A DNA stretch of 64,000 bases. Origin: Chrysomallon squamiferum. Its lineage: Eukaryota; Animalia; Mollusca. Each line of letters begins with the position of its first letter. Position 1 is the stretch's first letter. Made by a program: the position numbers and the translations under genes. The notes beneath the pieces are model-generated. The model had not been told where the DNA came from. It was given only the letters and a program-made list of their open reading frames with translations, and ran no database searches. This document shows, in pieces, positions 38,126 to 64,000 of the stretch. The stretch covers positions 10,106,001 through 10,170,000 of the forward strand of contig CM022665.1 in the NCBI GenBank assembly GCA_012295275.1, read 5' to 3'.

Positions 38126-41100
38126 TTAGAACGAAAATCCTTGTTCTGGTACTGTTGGTGTAGTACTGAATTCAAATGTGTTTTCACTGGTTTGAGCTGG
38201 AAGAAGGCTCTCATCATCTTCCTGAAATCAAGAATAAAACTAAAATGTATAAACCCAACAAGAAAAGTCTTCTTGCATTAAATTATATACTTTGCAAACA
38301 TTTAGGGTCAAGGATAGTGTATGAATTGCAGGACACCAAACACTGCTTGGTAACTGCAAAAAAGTCACTTTAAAATACAATATTAATTTGAACACATCTT
38401 GCATGCAGTTCTTTATTTGGACTAATTTTCATATAAACTGGTTATCTAACCAAAAAAATAGTTTGATGTATTTGTTTTTTTATATAATTCAAAATTCCAG
38501 CTGCAGATACTTTAGTAAACTTACTTCTCCACCAAAGTATTTTTCGATGAGTTCCAGTGCTGCTTTGTAAACCTGTTCATTCTCGTGATTCTGCAGCTGT
38601 TCTATTTTGTCAACCCCTCCAGCTGCTTCAATCATTTCAGACACTGGATCATTCTGACCAATGCGTTCAGCTGCCTGTTAATGCATTTAAAACAAAAATT
38701 AAAAACCTGTTGCTACTGTATTACTGATCAAATGTAGAATCAATTTAAAAACATCTCAAGTCAACTAAAATGTCACCTGGGGAGAGAAAATGGAATAATG
38801 TTCAGCCACGTCTTAAAATGTTATACTGTACAAATAATACCAAGGTAAATAAGCCTACTTTAAATCTATTTACAATTTAAATTAAAACACTATGGCTGAG
38901 CATAAATATGTATGAGATAGAAGGCATTTAAACAGTTTTTTAGCTCAGTTATATTTTACTTTAGAAGAACCAATGCAAAGTTACTTGTACATGTTTCAAC
39001 AGAACAAAAAAAAAAAAAAAAATTCAGGTACTTAAAGGCACAATAGAAAGATGGAGTTGTTAAAAACTCACGTGCAAGATATTATTGAATGCATCAAGTA
39101 TAACCAAAATGACTTTGGCTTCTCTTGATCCTAGCAAGTCAGAAAGTGGAGGAATGATGCCCATTTGTACAGCGTAAGCAATTTGTTCAACTGTACCACC
39201 TGACGTTAAGTTTGTCACAGCCCACACAGCTTCTTTTTGGCTCTTGTAATCACCCTGGAAAATAACCAAGCCATTAAATTCAATATCATTCAAGTATGAA
39301 AGTGAAAAAAATTCTATCTGAAAGTTTTTCAACTCTTCAAAGACAAATCAAAGCATATAATACCGATTTGTTAAACTAGTTCAAAATCGTGGGATGTGTT
39401 TCAAATACAATTTGTTTAACTTTATTTCTGTACAAGTAATTTTATTTATAAAAGAATTATTCATTGTGCTACTCAAGAATTATTCCTGTTTGGTTAGATG
39501 GCTCTGCAACTAACTTGCTAGGATTTGGTAGCATAATGGTAACTGTACCATATTCAAAGATTTAAAAAAGGCATTCCTACATTTATTAGCACAAAAGTTT
39601 CAGATAAATGATAACCTTTTTATCTCCAGGATATAAATTTAGAAGCGACAACTTATTTCCACTATTTTGGATCTCAAGAAAAGCAACTTACATTTACGAG
39701 TATATGTACAATGTGAGGGACCAAAGCCTTGTCTATTACAGCCTGTATTTGAGCAGTGTTTCCAGCTGTGATGTTTGAAATTGTCCATGCTGCTTCTTTC
39801 TGGATATTTACTTTTGGGTGGGTTAACAAGTTTGGAAAAGCATCAAGTGCCCCGGCATCAATTACAACCTGAAATACAAGTCAGTTACAATTAATGTCAT
39901 TTTCTTTAAAATATATTCTGTTTATTATCTTTACATTTCATTTCATTTTTTATTTTTAAAGCAAGAATTTCCTTGGTTAAAAAATAAATTTAAAAATCTA
40001 GCTGATATAATACTAAAAATAATTTAAACTTATTTTTAGAATAAAATTGAGCCATTACTGGCACAATAATTTTCTATTTACTTCCAAGTTTTGATTACCA
40101 CCCAGTCATGCTGACTTTTCAAAGCCCCAAAACAAAACAAAGTGAATAGAGGATCATGTAATGCATTTCCCCACAAGAAGAAACATACCTGAGTTTGAGA
40201 ATCGTCTCCTGTTACGATATTGCCCACAGATCGTAGGGTGGGAGTTAATATTGATACCTCGTCAACTTTGAGCAGCGTAACTAACTGTGGCACTATACCT
40301 GAAATATAAACAACCTTAATTAATGATAAAAATAAACATTTGATCAAATACCTTTAATGTTAGAAATTTATTAAAAGTATTTTTTTTTTTGTGCTACTAG
40401 AAAGGAAGTCATTTATGATCTAGGAAATTGTCCATAGCTTTAGTTACTTTATTTTTTAACAGATATGTGCACTTCTCATGCCATTATAAAAATATATTCA
40501 AGTTCCAAACAACAATTTTCTTTAAGCTGTTAATGTATCTTAGTGTGCATTTGTGAAATGAGTGATGCACAGAAACCAAATATTCAAAATGAAATTATTA
40601 ACCCACCAGCATCTATAACTTCCTGGATTTTATCATTTGTTCCATCAGTGAGATAAGATATGGCCCAGCAGGTGTCGGCCAGAACTTCTGTATCTTGGTG
40701 ATGCAGCAGACGGGCTAATGTTGGAAGGCAGTTTCTTACCGTTTTGAACTTTGGTGGTGGATTTTTATTCCGACACAGGTTTGAAATTGTCCATGTAACA
40801 TTACGCAAAAAGCCAGCCTGTGAAGAAATTAAATTACCTATCAGCAGGTACAACTTCCCAGATTTTTACACACACAAAATGAACAAGCATTAAACTCATC
40901 CAATTCTTTATCACATTTTTCTATAAAAGGACCATATGACCCAGTCTTGATTTTATTTTAGTTTCTTTGGTTCTGGTTAGAGAATGTATTTACAGAAATG
41001 ACTGTATGAATTGTCTGAATCATATTATTGCTATAGATACATTATTTGTAGTAATGTATCTGAAAATGTATTTTAACATTCAGTTCAGTGTGAATATCTG

Positions 41101-43074
41101 ACAGAAGATTTTATATATATATAAAAAAAAATCTTACTGGAGTGGTGTTTTGTGCAAGTCGCAGAATAGGCTCGAGTATACCTGCATCTGTTACAAAATC
41201 TCGAAGTTCGGGTCCATCGCCTACAGAAAAATGTATGGTGATACATATTACTACTATCTTTTCCCTTATCAATATTATCCAATAACAAAATAAAGCAAAT
41301 TTCAAAATTCACAATTTAGCCAAATTTTTTGTTTTAGGAAGGGGATGTCCTGTATAATTTAAAAAGGTAGAATAAGGATGGGTATAGCATAAAATTTCAG
41401 TATTTCAATACTTTTTCCCCATCAGTTTGTCACTGTTTCATTTGGTCTGTACACTGTTTCATTTGGTCTGTACACAACTACTATAGATTAAACATCAAAA
41501 TAACATTTCAGAAAAAATGGACTCACCAGCGATGTTTCCAAGAGCCCATACAGCCTGTTCACAAACAATCTGCGAGCGAGAATTGAGCAGGTTAATAAAA
41601 TGGGGAACAGCACCAGCACTGACTACAATTTTGGTTTGTTCGCTTGTACCTGAAGCAATGTTGGTCAGAGCCCAAGCAGATTCGAATTGGAGATCTGGTC
41701 TAAAAACAAAGAGTGACATATTTTAAATTTAGGATTAATTATCAAAAAGAGATTAAAATAATTTGTTTTCGAAACAAATCAATTTAAATGTCAGTGAGAA
41801 CAAGAAGCATATATATCTGCTGACAAAATCTTAATAAAATTAAAAAAACCTAAGAGCATCCATTATCTTTATTTTGTAAGCAGATTAGGAAAAATCTTCA
41901 AAAGACCTATGATAAAGCATCAGCAGCCTCCAAATGATTTGTCACGGTTGTAAATTTCTTGCTCAGATTTACACAAGACATTGAAAGGACAACCAATCTG
42001 CAGTTATGTCAGTTGTATCTTATTGAAATACATGTGAATTTTGTTGCAAATAGAATGGAATTTTTTTTTTTTAAATTCACATAAAAAGAATGCATGTGTT
42101 CCACAAAATGCAAGGGAAACAAAAACAAAATTTGCCTTCAAACAGCCAGTTTGCTTATGTACCTGTCATTATGCTGCAGGAAGGACACAAGATAAGGAAT
42201 CACACCAGCCCTGATTATGTCATCGATGGGAGGATTTCGTTCTTTTGACAGAAGTTTTCTAGCTGCCTGGGTTGCAATTAGTTGTGCCTGCTCATCTTTT
42301 GATGTAATACCAGAAATTATGTCACAAATACTCATTAAAGGTCTGTCCTGGTTGAAATATAAAATATACATTTTTTATGCAATTAAATAAATGAATCAGA
42401 AATGAAAATAAAAGATATCTAAAACAAAGGGTAATATTTAAGAATGATTCCTCTATTTTAGATTATAAAAAATAAAAAATGAAATGAGTGACAATTGGGT
42501 TGTTCAGAAAAAACTAATTTTGTGTGCTTTAATACTATACACAAAAAGAAAACTTGTCTGCTCCTAAGTACTATAAATCAAGTATTTATTTAAATACCTT
42601 ATTTTTCTCTTGTAGTGGACTAGTTGGTTCATCACATAGTGACACATTTCTACGTTTCAGCAGCTGTTCATCCTTCTTGCTTTTTCTCAATTCAACAGAA
42701 ACCTGAGTTCGCCGTCTCCTCATTTCCTTTAAAAATAATTTAGAATAAAAAATTTCATTAATAAACTTACTTGAATTTGTAATTAAAAGTTCAGTTCAAT
42801 ATTATATTTGTAAATGCTAACAGATCACTGTAGAAACGTGTTCTTTTAACATTGATTAGAAAATTAATAATAACAAAATAAAACTAATTTTGATAAGCAA
42901 ATTCCAATAAACACATTGGTCTGCTATCTTTCAATCTCCAATCTTCTGTTAAAATACTGATTTAAAAAAATAAATAAATAAATAAATAAATAAATAAATT
43001 ATAGACATAGTTACGTCAGCATCTCTGCCTTTATTCTTGTACGTTTTTAATCGGCAGTTCTCATCAGTCGGCAT
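38126..43074 (-). CDS. KPNA2: Importin subunit alpha, alpha-2 subfamily (KPNA2/pendulin-like), 11 coding exons, 518 aa
   Basis: Exons (-) 43074-43015, 42726-42598, 42347-42163, 41699-41527, 41220-41138, 40817-40607, 40298-40189, 39868-39692, 39254-39072, 38674-38525, 38221-38126, total 1557 nt. IBB domain ([28 protein letters not shown]), KPNA2-like TSPLQE, ARM repeats ([43 protein letters not shown]) and a C-terminal GFSF. Confidence 0.95.
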
Positions 43075-43670
43075 TTTGTCTTTTCAGCCGATTTAAATCT
43101 TCTCACTTGGGGGGGAAAATCCCTGAAATTGCAGATGCATTACTGGTTTATTCTATAGTCAAAAACTTTTTTCTGCAATTATACGAATGCAATTGTCAGG
43201 ATTTCAAATATAAACATCTCTTCTTCGACGTACTAGCCTGTTGTACAAATTTAAATTTGAAAAATTACCGTTAGTATTCAACCAAATAAATTTATGTTAT
43301 TCCTGTACTTTAAAACTAATATCTTTTTCAAACTTCCAAAACAAAATATTCCTACAAGTTTGTTATAAGTAATTTTGTCAGTTACACACTTAACAATCTA
43401 AACATAATATACAGTTGCAGATGTTTAAAAAATAATAAAATACATTACTTGCAGTGTAACGAATGCTAACCGTTTAATTTGTAACTATAACTTAGTAACA
43501 ATAAAACAAAACTGTCTAAATTATATTACCGAATAATAAAATAATATCTTTTAAAAATAAATTTCAAAGAAAAAAGTTTACAGGCCTACCTTTTAAAAAA
43601 ACAAACAAGTTTAGCTATTTTTATTATTTTAATTTAACTCCCCAAGCCGAGAAAGGTTTGAATGCTGCGG

Positions 43671-43748
43671 GTAATGACGCTAACGACAGTTCTCTGCCGT
43701 TTTATAACTGATTGGTTATCATTTCAAAAGATGACATTTGATTGGATA
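43671..43748 (-). promoter_or_regulatory. Putative KPNA2 core promoter: two CCAAT boxes, CHR-like TTTGAA, TATA box and Inr
   Basis: On the minus strand: CCAAT at 43745-43741 and 43715-43711 (30 bp apart), TTTGAA at 43728-43723, TATAAAA at 43706-43700, and Inr-like TCATT with its A at 43675 (TATA at -31). A donor AAG|GTAGGC at 43590 and an acceptor at 43123 define a non-coding first exon. Confidence 0.65.
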
Positions 43749-44789
43749 ACGTCTCAAAACAATTATCTTCTCTCACTCTTATATTTCGCTGTAATCATAA
43801 AATATAAAATATTTTTAAAAGTACTTTAATAATTCAGATTATACATTTAGAAATAGATAAATTTTCACATTTTACTTAAAATTGATTGCCATGTATAAAA
43901 TACAATAACTATTATTTTCGGAATATCTCGGCCTCTTTCGGATATATTCGATAAATTACAATGAATGTCCACTTTAACGTTGAAGTTTAATGTAGAAGTT
44001 TCGAACAACCGTTTCAGAATTCATTGCTCTGTCTAAAAATATAAATGATACGGAAATTCACCAAACTTACTGTCATCTATTTTATTTAATAGAACATCGA
44101 TACAGTTAAGAACTATAATAATGACAGAGATGAACCACTAATAAATTCGTTGGTTTAATTACACTTATTTTTTTAAAAATGGATTTGTATCCCAGCTACA
44201 GTTGCCGTTTACTATATTACTTTAATTTATAATTTCCGCACATTAAAGTTAAAAAAAAAAAAAACACCTACAAGCAATAAAAAATAAATAAATAAAATTA
44301 AAAATATACAAATACCAGTCGCCACCCCCCCCACAAAAAAAATAAAATAAATAAATAAAAAAAAAAAAAAAAAAAAAAATTAAAATAAAAAAAAATAAAA
44401 AATAAAAAATAATTAAAAAAATGAATAAATAAAATACCCATTTGTTCATGTAAAATATTTGACTGGTACAGGTTTTTTTTTAGCTATTACGAGATGTAAT
44501 GTTATTAGATCAGAACAAAGCAATTTAGAATTAAATGCCTCCAATCTTGGTTTTTGAACATTTTTGGCAACTAAAAATTACTTTTATAAGTACTTTACAT
44601 TTTCAGAAATATAACATGGTATCAACCTTAAATTGTTATCATGTGTACATTGATTCCAGATGATAATTCACTAAAGTGAATTAAAGAGAAATAAATACTA
44701 TAAAATGCCTCTAATCAAATAGAATACGTTACAATCATCTTGCACATCTTGATAGTTGCTTCTATTATATGAATAAAAAAGATATACAT

Positions 44790-46038
44790 TAGTGTTGGAT
44801 TTACTTACAGGCTTGACAGGTTGAAGCCTAAAGCCTTCAAATCGAGAGCCCTTGGATCAGTGACAATGTTTTTGACATTGTCGTTGAACTTTCTTACACA
44901 CACTTGCATAATGCACTGTTGTCTCATAACAACTCTTCAGTAATTTTTCTTGCACTCTATTTCTAAATGTAAAAAATTATTCCATTAATTGGTCACTTTA
45001 AATTAAACACTACCTTTTTTGGCATGATCAATGAAATTAGTAAGTTCTTTTCATCCTCAACAAAGAGATGGACAGTTCTAAAATAATTTGTTCAACCTCA
45101 ATAAAAAGTACCTAAATATTTGTCAGGCAATAGGTGGCAGGTACATAAAAAAGCCACTGAAGCTTTTTTTAGAAAATTAAAGTACTGTTGCTGGTGCCTT
45201 CAGTCATTTGTACTCTAATGCTAATGAGAAAGCTGATTTATCAGGCTTCAAGCTAACAATCTTGCAGAAAATGGATGAACTGGAATTTGTGTTTTTGCTA
45301 CAATTTTGCATCATTTTTTCAAAGTTATTCAGAAATCAAATTTAATGCGTGTGTGAATATTTGTACAGAGTTCATTTCAGGATTTTTACACTAAATAAGG
45401 TGAAGATTTTGATGATCTTCAGTAACAAGCAAAAGCCACTTTGCCAAATATTAACTACAGAACTGAAACAAGGAAACTGCAAGGATAGGGTGGAAGTGCA
45501 CCTGATCTTGTTACCTTAAATAAACTCTTCAAAAGAAAAATGTATAATGAATTTCTTTATTCCTAAACTATCAGCACTTGAAGCCAATTTAAGAAGAAAT
45601 GCTACCGTGTATTTAAAATGTGACTGATGACAACATAGCAGAAGGATGTAAAAGAGGCATGGGCAACCATCATCATCAGGTGAATCATTCTACTGATAAC
45701 AGTAAAGTTACAATTTCATATACAAATTCCTGCTTATTCTACAAAGTGTGGTTATTGCAACAGTTTTTCATTGTGTTAATTTTAACATTCGTGCATATTT
45801 TTATTATTATTATTATTTTTTTTTTTTTATGTATATATTTTTTTCAGTTACTAAGGTATTTAATGACATCTTATGTCCTTTAGAGGGGGCATTGTGAATA
45901 TTGGAATTTTAAACATGCATTATCTTTGCATCACTGAACATTTTTAAAAACACTGTTCCATCTTCCTATAGTCATAAGGGTGGACGGAGCTTCACAGCAG
46001 ACTAACTTCAGGCATCTCTTTATCTAAATCCAGATGTG
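44790..46038 (+). mobile_element. Decayed, internally deleted hAT-superfamily DNA transposon with transposase remnants
   Basis: Interrupted frames at about 45042-45615 read KFFSSSTKRWTVLK, PKYLSGNRWQVHKKATEAF, LQKMDELEFVFLLQF, DFDDLQ*QAKATLPNINYR and FFIPKLSALEANLRRNATVY. These resemble ZMYM1-like hAT transposases (FFS.S.KRW, LS.TRW). The ends share inverted TGGATTTA/TAAATCCA. No clear TSD. Confidence 0.7.
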
Positions 46039-46559
46039 TACACAAGTTTTGTTTAACAGTCCAAAATGTGGACAAGGAATATCAATATAAATCACAATAT
46101 TAGGTACAATAACAACAAAGAAAAAAGAATATATATTAATATAATTATTATTAAAAACAACAATACATTAATATATTAATAATTAAATTAAAAAAAAAAA
46201 AAAAAAATGATTATTCAGTTTTCGACAATAAGTATAAATATATTAAATTTATTAATTAACTTTTTCTTCTTTTTTTTTTTGTTACAATTTTACAATGATT
46301 TATTTCTTTAAAATGTTACTGACGAATATTTAATTAATTCTGCTTGCATACTAATGTCAAAAAATGCCAAAAATTACGCATGGCGTTGCTTTTTCAAATA
46401 CAAAACTACTGTCAGTAACAGCTTTATTCATATATGTAAGTTCTAATAAGTAAACTGATTCTGAAATTAACCATTTGAATTTTGGATGTAATTTTATGAA
46501 TGAATGTTAAATGAAACACCCATATCAATTTCGGGAAAGAATTGTTTATAATATTATTT

Positions 46560-46818
46560 TATTTGGATGACCTCTGACCCGACTTCATAACTGAAAACGA
46601 TTTACGCATGTACAGCGCGCAATCTCACTAATGTTCTGCATTTTCCGACCAATCAAACATCGCGACTCATTGTGACAAGTTGTTGTTCTCGCCGTGTTTT
46701 CATGTGTATAGTCCGGTACTTGTTGATGAATTATTATTGAAATCTACCGATCATAACTTAATGATATATGTATAATTTGTAAAATTTCATTGCTTAATCA
46801 TTTCGTGAGGATCTGACA

Positions 46819-46820
<2 letters not shown>
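46560..46820 (+). promoter_or_regulatory. Putative ARID4 promoter and first exon (CpG-containing, CCAAT box)
   Basis: Local CpG enrichment, GACCAATCA at 46647-46655, and ATG|GTAAGT at 46819-46827. Confidence 0.45.
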
Positions 46821-63348
<16,528 letters not shown>

Positions 63349-64000
63349 GTATTAAACTTGTTATTATTATTTTTTATATATCTATTTTTTATTATTACTC
63401 CTATTTTTAATCATTATTTAATAATCGTTAAAATATGTAGTTTACAAAAGCTAAAAAGTAAATATTTAACATTAAGTTGTTTTGGAGTTACTGTGTGAAG
63501 TGTAAAATAATAACCTAAAGATTGTTATTCTGAGTGGTACTATATTAACTGTTTTTTTTGTCAATCTACTGTTTCATGGTACAAGCAGTGAGTATAAACA
63601 GTACATGAAATGTAGTTGAGTTGACCCTGTTTTAACAAATTTGAAATTTTTTCTTGAAGTTCATAATAATTTTAAATAACCTTATATAATAAATGAAAAT
63701 GCATACTGTTGAAATTATGTGTTTGTAAACACAGTAATCTCCAGAATGGGGGAATGTTAAATAACATTTTACGAATTCAGTCTTCTGTATTTATTCCCCA
63801 CAACCTTACTATTATTATTATATTGTTTATGTATAGAATTCATTCTTAGTTTGGCTTTACTCTGTTAGCTGATGCACATAACTTACTGAAATTTAATGTT
63901 AATGATTTCATAAAAATAATCAAAAACATAAGATGGTCTACAAGTTATTGCTTGTTTATAAAATAATATTTATCTTTTTTAATTTTCATATCATTATTAA

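Overview
AT-rich, intron-rich animal genomic DNA, probably from an invertebrate such as a mollusc (inferred from protein style and repeat content). It is not prokaryotic. I reconstructed four spliced genes by hand, and the exon phases are consistent. (1) FUT8, alpha-1,6-fucosyltransferase (+, 9 coding exons, 584 aa). (2) An LRRC74-like leucine-rich-repeat protein with a degenerate EF-hand tail (-, 11 coding exons, 582 aa). (3) Importin alpha of the KPNA2/pendulin type (-, 11 coding exons, 518 aa). (4) ARID4A/B (RBBP1 family) (+, at least 22 coding exons, running off the window end). A decayed hAT transposon lies between the head-to-head KPNA2 and ARID4 promoters. Introns hold MITEs, a 190-bp-arm foldback, degenerate SINE-like copies and many micro- and minisatellites. 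The most unusual signal is that at least six intronic tandem arrays resemble copies of the neighbouring exon-intron junction. Around FUT8 coding exon 3 the arrays on the two sides are inverted relative to each other, and that exon begins with a recursive-splice-like AG|GTAAGA. All calls were made by eye; no alignments or database searches were run.
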